In this document: positions 27,395 through 37,097 of the stretch, piece after piece | Position numbering within the stretch: the stretch's first letter is position 1 | Layout of the letters: each line of letters opens with the position of its first letter | Assembly (NCBI GenBank): GCA_027484085.1 | Contig: JAIXQF010000004.1 | Span: 710,162 to 774,161, forward strand | DNA: 64,000 bases | DNA from: Actinomycetales bacterium | GTDB taxonomy: Bacteria > Actinomycetota > Actinomycetes > S36-B12 > UBA5976 | Direction of reading: 5' to 3' | Translations under genes and position numbers: made by a program | The notes under the pieces: generated by a model | Databases searched by the model: none | What the model was told of the DNA's origin: nothing | Seen by the model: only the letters and a program-made list of their open reading frames with translations

Positions 27395-27491
27395 AGCAAA
27401 CCCCAGATCGAGTGTCATCAAGACCTCTAGCGAACTTAAGTAAAGGCGCTTCGAGTGAGCAGGAGTCCCAACTTAGATTTAGAGTTAAGGC

Positions 27492-27965
27492 GTGGACAGA
27501 AAAGACATCGGATCCTGGCTATCTGGACCAAAAGCAGCTCTTGAGGATCAAGGCATGGATTTTGGTTACCCAGGTCAACGTTTTGGCTTACCAAAACAAG
27601 GTGTTGGATCGGTTGCCAGGATGGGTCGCAGGATCATCGCTCTAACCTTGGATTGGACAGCTGCGATTCTGGTAACTCACCTGGTTTTTCCTGATTTGGT
27701 ATACGGGTCAGAGGGATTTGCTGCCGCAACCCTTGCCATCTTTGCTGCAGAAGTGCTTATCCTGACTTCGACCACCGGAGCTTCATTTGGTTACCGAATT
27801 GCTGGGATAAAACTGATTTCTATTAGCACTTCAAGAATCAACCTGTTAAAGGTTTTGGCTCGCACTGGCCTCTTGTGCCTGGTTGTCCCGGCTTTGATTT
27901 GGGACCGCGATGGCAGAGGTTTGCACGATAAAGCCGTTGGAACCATAACCATGCGGGCAAGATAG
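27492..27965 (+). CDS. RDD-family membrane protein
   Basis: 157 aa. Arg-rich N-terminus, three TM segments and a C-terminal RDGRGLHD motif. Confidence 0.72.
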   Translation: MDRKDIGSWLSGPKAALEDQGMDFGYPGQRFGLPKQGVGSVARMGRRIIALTLDWTAAILVTHLVFPDLVYGSEGFAAATLAIFAAEVLILTSTTGASFGYRIAGIKLISISTSRINLLKVLARTGLLCLVVPALIWDRDGRGLHDKAVGTITMRAR

Positions 27966-27969
27966 TTGC

Positions 27970-28767
27970 ATGCCTTCACTCGCGCTCCCGCCTGGTAAGA
28001 AATCTGCATTTGTAATTAGCTTCGATTTTGACGCTGAAGAAGTTTGGTTAGCTGAAAATCCAGAGAACATTAATCGCCCAGGTGTGCTTTCGCAGGGAAA
28101 GTATGGCGCAAAAGTCGGTTTGGGACTCGTTCTGGAGACGCTCGATAACTTAGATCTCACAGCCACCTTCTTTACGCCGGGTCGCGTTGCAGAACGCTAT
28201 CCAGATCAATTGCGCGAAATTGTTGCGCATGGACATGAGCTTGGACATCACGGGTACACCCATACTTCACCTACCAAGCTTTCTAAAGCAGAAGAACTGG
28301 AAGAACTTTTGAAGGGTAAGGCTGCGCTCGAACAGTTTGGGGTAGAAGTCACAGGATATCGATCACCATCTTGGGAAGTTAGTTCAAGTACTTTTGACCT
28401 ACTTGCCCAAAATGGCTTCAAATATTCATCGAGCATGATGGATGACATAAGGCCCTATGTTCATCAACCACATCAAATAGTTGAGTTACCTGTCCAATGG
28501 ATGTTGGACGATGCCCCATACTTTTGGTTTAGCGTAGGTAGCGATTGGAATCGCACCATTCGCTCCGCGGGGGATGTTGAAGAAATCTGGCGGGAAGAAT
28601 TCTTGGGTATTCATGGCCTTGGGGGCTTAACAATGCTCACCATGCATCCACAATTCATTGGGCGCCCAAGTCGAGTGAACATGCTGGAGAGGTTTTTATC
28701 TTTCGTAAAGTCCCATGACGATGTTTGGATCACCACTGCCGGTGAAGTTGCTAGGGCAGTTAACTAA
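27970..28767 (+). CDS. Polysaccharide deacetylase (NodB-homology) family protein
   Basis: 265 aa. Motifs FDFDAE and HGHELGHHGYTH. Starts 4 nt after the RDD gene. Confidence 0.82.
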   Translation: MPSLALPPGKKSAFVISFDFDAEEVWLAENPENINRPGVLSQGKYGAKVGLGLVLETLDNLDLTATFFTPGRVAERYPDQLREIVAHGHELGHHGYTHTSPTKLSKAEELEELLKGKAALEQFGVEVTGYRSPSWEVSSSTFDLLAQNGFKYSSSMMDDIRPYVHQPHQIVELPVQWMLDDAPYFWFSVGSDWNRTIRSAGDVEEIWREEFLGIHGLGGLTMLTMHPQFIGRPSRVNMLERFLSFVKSHDDVWITTAGEVARAVN

Positions 28768-28960
28768 AGATTCCCTTAATGGAATCTAGATAGCCCTGTT
28801 CGTCCAGGTACGGCAATACAAAGAAGGTAATGACAGCAAAAATAATTGCCCACTTCAGCAGCTTCTTAGCAATGAAGACCACGACTAGGACGATGCCCAG
28901 TAGGTAGGAGACTGGGATAGATGCAAATGAATCAGTAAACATCGAGATTATCTCGCTCAT
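28760..28960 (-). CDS. Small two-TM membrane protein
   Basis: 66 aa. ATGA overlap with the stop of the upstream DUF4191-like gene. Confidence 0.5.
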   Translation of the reverse strand: MSEIISMFTDSFASIPVSYLLGIVLVVVFIAKKLLKWAIIFAVITFFVLPYLDEQGYLDSIKGIFS

Positions 28961-29619
28961 CGGCGTGGCATCTTTCTACTTTGCGGCAGGGGACCTTTAG
29001 GTATTGGAAGCGCGGTTTGTGGAAGCGCCTTGAGACGGTTGCGAACCTGAGTTACTTCAGCTGGGCGAAGAGTCTTTCCAAGCTTCTTAATCGTCTTTTG
29101 AAGATTTGAAATTGTCACATCCACATCGTCAACAATGATTTCGTGGATTGGAACACCTTGCGCGTATCGAGCATGTGCTTTGCGCTGCTCAGCCAACAGG
29201 ATGCCAGGACGGCTGCCTTCGCCAACCAATATGATTCCTGGTCGCCCGACAACGCGGTGAACCATGTTTTGGTTTTTGTCGACACCCACGGCTGGGGTTA
29301 CAAACCAAGCGCCACGGATTGCATTCAAGACCGAAGCAGCAGCGCCAACCTGTCCCGCGATGGAAGAGTATGCAGCTTTCTCGGCGATCTTGCCAAAGAA
29401 GAATGTCGTTGAAAGCAACGCTGTTCCAAAGGCTAAAACGCCTAGAAACAACTTCAGATCTAGCGCTACACCAATTGCAAAGATGATTCCAAATACGATC
29501 GCGAATACGGCGAAGAGCCTTAGTGCCAGAAATGAAATTTCATTTGACGCGAACTTGTAGGTTTCTTTGATTTGGACATACCAGCGTTGTTTCGGTGGCG
29601 CCTGCAACTTTAATGACAT
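28957..29619 (-). CDS. DUF4191-like membrane protein
   Basis: 220 aa with two central TM segments. Occupies the conserved actinobacterial position next to lipA (recalled synteny). Confidence 0.72.
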   Translation of the reverse strand: MSLKLQAPPKQRWYVQIKETYKFASNEISFLALRLFAVFAIVFGIIFAIGVALDLKLFLGVLAFGTALLSTTFFFGKIAEKAAYSSIAGQVGAAASVLNAIRGAWFVTPAVGVDKNQNMVHRVVGRPGIILVGEGSRPGILLAEQRKAHARYAQGVPIHEIIVDDVDVTISNLQKTIKKLGKTLRPAEVTQVRNRLKALPQTALPIPKGPLPQSRKMPRR

Positions 29620-29628
29620 GTCTCTACC

Positions 29629-30597
29629 TTAAACGTCAGGGGTATTTCGGGCCGCGATGGCTTGCTTGTAAAGCTTTCCGGCTCGGTACGAGGATCGAAC
29701 AAGTGGCCCACTCAGGACGCCAGCGAAGCCAATCTCCTCGGCTACTTTGGATAACTCAACAAATTCTTCTGGCCGGACCCAGCGATCAACTGGATGGTGA
29801 CGCAAGGAAGGGCGAAGGTACTGGGTGATCGTAACTAGGTCACACCCAGCTTCATGAAGATCTCTTAGGGCTTTATGAACTTCGGAAATCTCTTCGCCCA
29901 TTCCCAGAATCAAATTACTCTTGGTTACCAAACCAAATTCCCGGGCTGCTGTTATAACTCCGAGTGACTTCTCATATTTGAAGCCAGGTCGGATGCGCTT
30001 GAAGATTCGGGGGACTGTCTCAATGTTGTGAGCAAAGACTTCAGGCTTTGACTCAAAAACTTCTTGCAATAAGTCGGGCTTGCCATCGAAGTCAGGTGCC
30101 AACATCTCTACACCACAGCCAGGAACTACTTCATGAATCTGTCGAATAGTTTCCGCATACAGCCAAGCTCCACCATCGGGAAGGTCATCTCGCGCCACAC
30201 CAGTTACCGTTGCGTAACGTAATTGCATGGTCTTTACTGACTCGGCAACGCGTCGTGGTTCATCTCTGTCGAGATCAACTGGCTTGCCGGTATCAATCTG
30301 GCAAAAGTCACATCTGCGAGTGCACTGGTCGCCACCGATTAGGAAAGTTGCTTCGCGATCTTCCCAGCATTCAAAAATATTAGGGCAGCCCGCTTCTTGG
30401 CATACGGTATGAAGACCTTCGGACTTAACCAAGTCCATGATCTGGGTGTACTCCGGACCAGTCTTTAACTTTGTCTTGATCCATTCCGGCTTGCGCTCAA
30501 TGGGCACCAAAGAATTTCTGGCTTCAATTCGAAGCATTTTTGGGCCATCGACTTTTCCTGAAGGCTGGTCTAGGTATGGCGAAGTCACATCTTGCAT
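29629..30597 (-). CDS. lipA: Lipoyl synthase
   Basis: 322 aa. Radical-SAM CTRRCDFC motif and N-terminal cluster [12 protein letters not shown]. Confidence 0.94.
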   Translation of the reverse strand: MQDVTSPYLDQPSGKVDGPKMLRIEARNSLVPIERKPEWIKTKLKTGPEYTQIMDLVKSEGLHTVCQEAGCPNIFECWEDREATFLIGGDQCTRRCDFCQIDTGKPVDLDRDEPRRVAESVKTMQLRYATVTGVARDDLPDGGAWLYAETIRQIHEVVPGCGVEMLAPDFDGKPDLLQEVFESKPEVFAHNIETVPRIFKRIRPGFKYEKSLGVITAAREFGLVTKSNLILGMGEEISEVHKALRDLHEAGCDLVTITQYLRPSLRHHPVDRWVRPEEFVELSKVAEEIGFAGVLSGPLVRSSYRAGKLYKQAIAARNTPDV

Positions 30598-30598
30598 T

Positions 30599-31153
30599 CT
30601 AGTTGTTGGCCTTGCTGCTAGTTGCTTTGCGTCGATTTATCTGAATCCAAAGGCCAAGTGCGAGCAAGCCAAAAAGTATGGCCACAAATCCGGTCAAATT
30701 CAATAAGTCAGCACTGACTTCAGACAGGAAAGTAGCAATCACGAGGGCGGACAAATCAGAGATAGCGGAACCAATTGTTTCTTCAAATGCTTGACGGCTA
30801 CGGGTTAAGAAGACCGCCCAAACCCCAAACGAAAAAAACAAACCTAAGCAGATTTGTAAACCAGCTTTTAACTTGTCATTGCTGAAAATCAGCCCAGTGA
30901 TTCCGAGAACAACTGTCGCCGCCAAGATAGGCAAACTCCACGCACTAAAGAAGTTCAAGATTGTTGCAACAGTCTGGATGTCAGCGCCGAATATCTGAAT
31001 TGCCCCTGGGCGCGAACTATTGCCGAAAACTTCGAGGACGGCAGCATACTGATCGCCTGAAATTGCTCGCTTGGAAACTACGAAACCAATGACCGCAATT
31101 GGCGTTAAAACAATTGCAGCTGCTTTCAGCAAGTTACCAATGAACTTAGGCAT
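30599..31153 (-). CDS. Hypothetical 4-TM membrane protein embedded between lipB and lipA
   Basis: 184 aa from the ATG at 31153 (MPKFIGNLL...). The start overlaps the lipB stop by 8 nt. The stop lies 1 nt before the lipA start. The longer 236-aa ORF version overlaps lipB and is rejected. Confidence 0.6.
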   Translation of the reverse strand: MPKFIGNLLKAAAIVLTPIAVIGFVVSKRAISGDQYAAVLEVFGNSSRPGAIQIFGADIQTVATILNFFSAWSLPILAATVVLGITGLIFSNDKLKAGLQICLGLFFSFGVWAVFLTRSRQAFEETIGSAISDLSALVIATFLSEVSADLLNLTGFVAILFGLLALGLWIQINRRKATSSKANN

Positions 31154-31817
31154 CTTCACCCAAACCTTGAGTTTGCAATATAGAAATTGGATCAAAGACG
31201 CGTCGCAAGTGGGATTCGACACTCTCAACAACATCATCAACTGATATGTCGCGCCCCAATTCCTTGGACATTGTTGTGACACCGGCATCACTGATACCGC
31301 AAGGGACAATGCGATCGAACCAACCTAGGTCGTTGTTGCAGTTAAGTGCGAAACCGTGCATTGTGACACCTTGAGCCACGCGAATTCCGATAGCCGCAAT
31401 TTTGCGATCTTGGATTGAGTCAAGTACCCAGACGCCACTTCTACCTTTGATTCGGGCCGTCTCTAATTCAAAGTCGTTGCAAACTCCAATCAAGACATCT
31501 TCAAGTCTGCGCACATGTGACACGACATCCATGGGGGAAGGCAAGTGCACGATCGGATAACCAATCAGCTGCCCTGGACCATGCCAAGTGATCTTCCCGC
31601 CGCGATCCACATCAACAACAGGTGTGCCATCAGTTGGTCGCTCAAAAGCCTCGGTCCTTCGTCCGGCGGTATAGACCGATTGGTGCTCGAGTAGGAGAAC
31701 GGAATCGGGAAGTGAATTTGCAACGATTGCTTCATGCATTTCACGCTGCAATTCCCAGGTTTCTTGATATTCAACAGGGCTACCCGCCAGCCCAAGTCGT
31801 TTCACCTCTAGTTGCAC
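31146..31817 (-). CDS. lipB: Octanoyltransferase (lipoyl(octanoyl) transferase)
   Basis: 223-aa LipB pattern ([26 protein letters not shown]). Confidence 0.9.
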   Translation of the reverse strand: MQLEVKRLGLAGSPVEYQETWELQREMHEAIVANSLPDSVLLLEHQSVYTAGRRTEAFERPTDGTPVVDVDRGGKITWHGPGQLIGYPIVHLPSPMDVVSHVRRLEDVLIGVCNDFELETARIKGRSGVWVLDSIQDRKIAAIGIRVAQGVTMHGFALNCNNDLGWFDRIVPCGISDAGVTTMSKELGRDISVDDVVESVESHLRRVFDPISILQTQGLGEDA

Positions 31818-31958
31818 GTCCTAAGCCTAATTCCTTAACTGGGACATCAAATCGTGCGGAAAACCCTAACTTTTCCTGCGAGTCACCCACGCGGCCAGAC
31901 TTTAAATAGTGAATTAGACTGTTTTCATAGCCAACCCAACCGAAAAGGCCTTGTTCGT

Positions 31959-34175
31959 ATGTCTGAAAAAACTTCTCATCGCGCATCTAAAACCTCACCT
32001 AAGGGTAGAAAAGTCCTATGGAGTGCAATCGCGGTAATCATTGCTTGGTTTGCAATTTCAGGTGTCGCAGGCCCGCTATTTGGAAAACTTTCTAGCGTTC
32101 AGCAAAACGACAACGCTGGCTTTTTGCCTTCATCAGCGGAGTCAACTAGAGCTTCTGAGTTAGCAACTAAGTTTACTTCGCAAGACACCTCAATTCTGCC
32201 GGCATTGGTTATCTTCATCGGACCTGCGGATGAAGCTGGGCTGGCTGCGGTTGGTGAGTTTGGTTCCGCTGTCGTAAACGCGCCAGTTCCAGACAGCGAT
32301 GCAACGGTAGGGGATTACTTAGCTGAAGGCGCTCAGTTGATTCCAATTCCATCTCAGGATGGTCAGGCAATCCTGATGTCCATTCCACTAGATGACACAG
32401 CACTTGCTACTCCACTAGAAAATGAAAAACCAGCTCTGCCAGAAGTAGTTAAGGCGATTAGAGCCCAAGCAAGTGAAGTATCTGGATTTGAATCGCACGT
32501 CACCGGCATTGGTGGAATCTTGGCTGACTTATTCGACAGCTTCGGTTCAATTGATACTGACCTACTGTTCACAACTTTGATTGTTGTCGCCCTGATTTTG
32601 ATCGTTGTTTATCGTTCGCCCGTGCTTTGGATAATTCCGCTTTTCTGCTCGGTGATTGCTTTGTCTGTTGCTGGTGGCGTTGTTTACCTTTTAGCAAAAG
32701 ACGGAATTCTAGATCTAGATGGTCAATCGCAAGGAATTCTTTCCGTACTTGTAATTGGTGCTGCTACCGATTACGCCCTCTTACTCATTGCTCGATACCG
32801 AGAAGAATTGCATCATTATGAAAGCCGTGTTGATGCCATGGTTGTTGCCTGGAAAGGCGTAGTTGAGCCGATCGCAGCTTCCGGTCTGACCGTTATTTCA
32901 GGCTTGTTGGTTCTTGGTCTATCTGATCTGAAATCCGTTCGCTCACTAGGCCCAGTCGCAGCAATTGGTGTGCTGGCGGCGCAATTCGTAATGCTAACTA
33001 TGTTGCCTGCAATTCTTGTCTTAGCCGGTCGATGGATTTTCTGGCCGAAGCGTCCTAAGCATGACGATGCTGATGAAAAACTTTCCGGACTTTGGTCTAA
33101 AGTCGCCAACTTGGTAGGAAGCAAGCCTCGTCGAACTTGGATTGTGACCGGAGTCTTCCTTGTGATTTCGATGGGATTTGCTACTCAGCTTAAAACGGGT
33201 GGCCTCGCTACTACTGACGCATTTACTGGAAACCCAGACTCAGTTGTTGGCCTCGATCGGCTCTCTGAACATTTCCCAGCCGGTTCTGGTGATCCGACGA
33301 TTGTGATTGGACCAGAAGCTGACAAGGATGCATTGATCGCATCGATTACTGCATCTGAGGGTGTAGTTGAAGTTAAACAAACAACGACTCAATTTATTCC
33401 TGGTGGTCCGGCTCCAACTCCTGTCGTAGTAGATGGCCTGGTTCAAATCGAGGTGACCCTTGATAAACCAGCTGATTCAGTAGAAGCGCAAGGTTACATT
33501 CCGAGTATTCGGGAAGCGGCCAAGGCAGCAAGCGAAACTGCACTTGTGGGTGGCACTACCGCTGTGAACTTTGACATCCAGACAACTAACACTCGGGACC
33601 GGAATTTGATTCTTCCGGTTGCATTGCTAGTTATCGGAATCATTCTTGCCCTATTGCTAAGAAGTATCTTTGCTCCAGTGCTGCTCATCATTACTACCGT
33701 GGTCTCATTTGGCGCGACCTTAGGAATCAGTCACCTGGTCTTCACGCATCTGTTCGGATTTGCTGGTGCTGATGGTGGCTTCATTCTGTTTACATTTGTA
33801 TTCTTGGTAGCGCTTGGAATTGACTACAACATCTTCTTGATGACTCGAGTACGAGAGGAAGCGATCAAGCTTGGCACTCGAGCTGGCATCCTGAAGGGTC
33901 TGACTGTCACAGGTGGAGTTATTACTTCTGCAGGTGTAGTACTTGCAGCAACATTCGCCGTATTGGGAACCCTGCCACTGGTATTCCTTGCTGAACTTGG
34001 TTTTGCCGTGGCATTTGGCGTTTTGCTAGACACCATCATTGTGCGCAGCCTGTTGGTTCCGGCGCTGGCATATGACCTTGGCGCGAAGATTTGGTGGCCA
34101 AGCAAGTTGGGCAAGAGTGAAGGTCCGCTGATCCGTAACGCAGCAGTGGAAGCAGAAAAGGCTCCAACTTCGTGA
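31959..34175 (+). CDS. MMPL-family (RND superfamily) transporter
   Basis: About 738 aa from the ATG at 31959. Two 6-TM bundles with large extracytoplasmic loops. GxxxDYxLF-type motifs (GAATDYALLL, GIDYNIFLM). Confidence 0.85.
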   Translation: MSEKTSHRASKTSPKGRKVLWSAIAVIIAWFAISGVAGPLFGKLSSVQQNDNAGFLPSSAESTRASELATKFTSQDTSILPALVIFIGPADEAGLAAVGEFGSAVVNAPVPDSDATVGDYLAEGAQLIPIPSQDGQAILMSIPLDDTALATPLENEKPALPEVVKAIRAQASEVSGFESHVTGIGGILADLFDSFGSIDTDLLFTTLIVVALILIVVYRSPVLWIIPLFCSVIALSVAGGVVYLLAKDGILDLDGQSQGILSVLVIGAATDYALLLIARYREELHHYESRVDAMVVAWKGVVEPIAASGLTVISGLLVLGLSDLKSVRSLGPVAAIGVLAAQFVMLTMLPAILVLAGRWIFWPKRPKHDDADEKLSGLWSKVANLVGSKPRRTWIVTGVFLVISMGFATQLKTGGLATTDAFTGNPDSVVGLDRLSEHFPAGSGDPTIVIGPEADKDALIASITASEGVVEVKQTTTQFIPGGPAPTPVVVDGLVQIEVTLDKPADSVEAQGYIPSIREAAKAASETALVGGTTAVNFDIQTTNTRDRNLILPVALLVIGIILALLLRSIFAPVLLIITTVVSFGATLGISHLVFTHLFGFAGADGGFILFTFVFLVALGIDYNIFLMTRVREEAIKLGTRAGILKGLTVTGGVITSAGVVLAATFAVLGTLPLVFLAELGFAVAFGVLLDTIIVRSLLVPALAYDLGAKIWWPSKLGKSEGPLIRNAAVEAEKAPTS

Positions 34176-34894
34176 CTCAACGTCATATAGTTGCCTCCAG
34201 CGGCGGTTTCGTTCAAACCGATCGCTGGGGTGTTGTTGCTCCTGGTCAGATCTTTAAACGTGCACTTGAGTTGACCGGTAAAACTCGTCCTAGAGTCTTG
34301 TTTGTTTTGACGGCTAGCGGCGACAACCCAAATTATTTAGCAACTAGCTACCAAGCAGTTTCCGGACTTGGTGTTGATGTTGAGCACCTAGCCTTGTTCA
34401 CCCAACCAAACGTCCCGGTTGATGAGGCATTTGGTCGCGCAGACTTAGTGTGGGTTGGTGGCGGTTCGGTTGCCAACTTGTTGGCAATTTGGCGACTGCA
34501 CGGAGTCGATGTGGCAGCCCGAGATGCTTGGGAACGTGGAGTTGTATTGGGTGGCGTTAGCGCCGGCTCAATTTGCTGGCACGTTGGCGGTCCTACAGAT
34601 TCCTTTGGGCCAAAGCTAGAGACTGTAACCAACGCTTTAGCCTTGTTGCCGTTTGGAAATGGTGTTCACTATGACACTGAGGCGCAGCGCAGGCCGCTTT
34701 TGCACTCGCTAGTTACCAATGGAACTTTGCCGACCTCATATGCCACGGATGATCATGCAGCTGTGGTTTATGACGGAGTCGATCCAGTAGAAATTGTGGT
34801 CGATACCCCAGAAAGTAAAGCTAAGGCATATCGAGTTGAAGCAATCAATGGGGAAGTTGAAGAAACTGTGCTAGAGCCGGGACGACTGGCTTAA
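34172..34894 (+). CDS. Peptidase S51 (dipeptidase E / cyanophycinase-like) family protein
   Basis: 240 aa. Nucleophile elbow GGVSAGS. GTGA overlap with the MMPL stop. Confidence 0.72.
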   Translation: MTQRHIVASSGGFVQTDRWGVVAPGQIFKRALELTGKTRPRVLFVLTASGDNPNYLATSYQAVSGLGVDVEHLALFTQPNVPVDEAFGRADLVWVGGGSVANLLAIWRLHGVDVAARDAWERGVVLGGVSAGSICWHVGGPTDSFGPKLETVTNALALLPFGNGVHYDTEAQRRPLLHSLVTNGTLPTSYATDDHAAVVYDGVDPVEIVVDTPESKAKAYRVEAINGEVEETVLEPGRLA

Positions 34895-36162
34895 AGGTCA
34901 TCCGTTAGAAGAGCTTCAGCTGCCCTTCTGCCACTAGCCAAGGCACCGTTTATGGATGACACTTGGCGATAATCGCCTGCGATGTAGACGCCAGTAGAGA
35001 GTCTCACCGATTGCGCTACATCATGAGGCGCGTTCATCATCGGCAAGGCATCAGGAATTGGGTAAGTGGCTACGTGAGTCCAGTTGCCAGTAGGCACTTT
35101 GTAAAGCGATGCCAGATGCGAGCGAACCTGCAATTCAGATTGCGTTGAAGAGTGAACGCCTAAGGCCGAGGAAGAAACTAAGGTTCTGCCATTCGATGCG
35201 TAGGTTGGCGCACTATTTGTAATGACAACCGTATTCACTAGGGGGCGCGATGAATCATCAAGATTGCCGTCAAACTTTTTGCCATCAACCACCAACGTGC
35301 TCTTACCTTCCGTAAGTTCAGTGCCAGCGCAGTCAGCAATGTGATACCAGGTAGTCACGGCATTACTTGCTGGGACTTTCAGGCTTGGAATCAGTAGTGC
35401 AGCACTGCGAGCGTTGGTAGCGATTACAACGGACCTACACCTAATGTCACCTTGATCAGTTCGAACCATTGTGCTTGCGACTGCCTTTGCTGTCACATTC
35501 AAATGGATGCTGCCACTAGAAAGTTGGGCAGCCAACTGGTTTGGGATTGCTTGCATTCCTGCACTTGGAACCCCAGGCGTGCCAGCAACAAAAGCCTTTA
35601 AGGCGATATCTAAATACCGTTTTGAGGTTGCCAGCTCAGGCTCAAGGAATACTCCAGCCAGGAATGGCCGAAGAATTTTGTCAGTAAGTTCCTTGCCAAA
35701 TTTGGCAACCAAAAATGCATCGGTGCGCTGGTCGTAGCTCTCTGAATTAGCTTTCTTAAGTGCTACCCCAATGGCATAACGCGCAAACTTGAGTTTGCTT
35801 GAGATTTTTCCTACTGGTGCTAGCAAACTATCAATCGCCCAAGTTGGTTCACGCTTAGGATCAGCGACCTTGTAGTTGCGACCATCGATCGAAACAATTA
35901 CCCCAGGTGAAAAACTCTTTACATCTAATGCGGCCAGATCTAAAACGCTAATTCCTTCTGGGTATGAAGGGTTGTAAAGCTGGAAGCCACGGTCTAGTAA
36001 AAGGCCATCCACTTTGTCGGTTCGAATTCTGCCACCGACATCCTCACTAGCATCAATGACACAAACTTCACGCCCAGCTATTGCTAGGCGACGGGCGGCG
36101 GCTAGTCCGGCCACACCTGCGCCAATTACAACAACATCAGTTTTCGAAGGTATGCCAGACAT
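34891..36162 (-). CDS. FAD-dependent oxidoreductase (flavin amine-oxidase / desaturase-like)
   Basis: 423 aa. N-terminal VVVIGAGVAGLAAA...GGR dinucleotide fold. Confidence 0.8.
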   Translation of the reverse strand: MSGIPSKTDVVVIGAGVAGLAAARRLAIAGREVCVIDASEDVGGRIRTDKVDGLLLDRGFQLYNPSYPEGISVLDLAALDVKSFSPGVIVSIDGRNYKVADPKREPTWAIDSLLAPVGKISSKLKFARYAIGVALKKANSESYDQRTDAFLVAKFGKELTDKILRPFLAGVFLEPELATSKRYLDIALKAFVAGTPGVPSAGMQAIPNQLAAQLSSGSIHLNVTAKAVASTMVRTDQGDIRCRSVVIATNARSAALLIPSLKVPASNAVTTWYHIADCAGTELTEGKSTLVVDGKKFDGNLDDSSRPLVNTVVITNSAPTYASNGRTLVSSSALGVHSSTQSELQVRSHLASLYKVPTGNWTHVATYPIPDALPMMNAPHDVAQSVRLSTGVYIAGDYRQVSSINGALASGRRAAEALLTDDL

Positions 36163-36167
36163 TGAGA

Positions 36168-37055
36168 TTACTTAGTGGCCAGAGTGCGCATAGCGCTTTC
36201 GATATTTGGGTCTTGGAATTCAAAACCTGAGTCCAGAAGTACTTTCGGGATTACGCGGGCGCTACCTAGAACTTCTTGGGAGAACTCACCAAGCAAAGTC
36301 TTTAAAGCAAAAGCAGGCACTGGAAACAGTGCTGGTCGATTAAAAACCTTAGACATGGCCTTGGTCACTTCGGCATTAGTTGCAGGTTCTGGCGCCGTTA
36401 AATTGACTGGTCCGTTAATTTGTGAATTCGAAATCACGAACTTAATGGCCGCAATCTCATCCCGCATAGAAATGAATGACCAGTACTGCTTTCCAGAGCC
36501 AAGCTTGCCGCCTGCACCGAGTTTAAAGATTGGTAGGAGTCGACTCCAGGCTCCGCCCTTTTTTGATGCCACTAAACCAGTTCGAATATTCACTACGCGA
36601 ATCCCGGCCGTTCTAGCTGGTTCTGCGGCTTTTTCCCAAGCGACTACAACTTCAGCTAAAAAGCCAGTTCCAGCAGGAGTGGATTCATCAACTTGTTGAT
36701 CTGCAGTGTCTCCGTACCAACCGATTGCACTGCCAGCTATGAATACTTTTGGCTTAACCTCGGCCGCAGCTTTTGCAAGCAAAGAAGTTGAGTCAACCCG
36801 CGAAGACAAAATCAGTGCTTTGTACTTATCTGTCCACCGACTGTCGCCAACTCCGGCTCCAGCAAGATTAATGAATACTTCGCAACCGATTAACTGCGAA
36901 AAATCAAGTTCGCCGGCGGCTGGATTCCAATAGATTTCCGAAGATGCAACCGACTTTCGACGCACTAGTCGAAGTACTTCGTGACCATCCTTGCGAAGGG
37001 AATCAACCAATTCGGTGCCGATTAGGCCAGAAGAACCACCAATAACTATGCGCAT
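36168..37055 (-). CDS. TIGR01777 (YfcH-like) NAD-dependent epimerase/dehydratase family protein
   Basis: 295 aa. GGSSGLIG motif plus a DUF1731-like C-terminus. Confidence 0.83.
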   Translation of the reverse strand: MRIVIGGSSGLIGTELVDSLRKDGHEVLRLVRRKSVASSEIYWNPAAGELDFSQLIGCEVFINLAGAGVGDSRWTDKYKALILSSRVDSTSLLAKAAAEVKPKVFIAGSAIGWYGDTADQQVDESTPAGTGFLAEVVVAWEKAAEPARTAGIRVVNIRTGLVASKKGGAWSRLLPIFKLGAGGKLGSGKQYWSFISMRDEIAAIKFVISNSQINGPVNLTAPEPATNAEVTKAMSKVFNRPALFPVPAFALKTLLGEFSQEVLGSARVIPKVLLDSGFEFQDPNIESAMRTLATK

Positions 37056-37097
37056 GCTTCTACCTTGCTACGGATTAGTACTTTGTGCGAATTGGAA

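Noticed and set aside
30599-31309. Track ORFs with long N-terminal extensions (30599-31309, 31854-34175, 44950-45921, 59621-60178, 10081-11475)
   Set aside because: The extensions overlap neighbouring genes or riboswitch/terminator sequence. Internal starts give canonical N-termini (lipobox, TM1, conserved GlnA2 N-terminus), so shorter coordinates were used.
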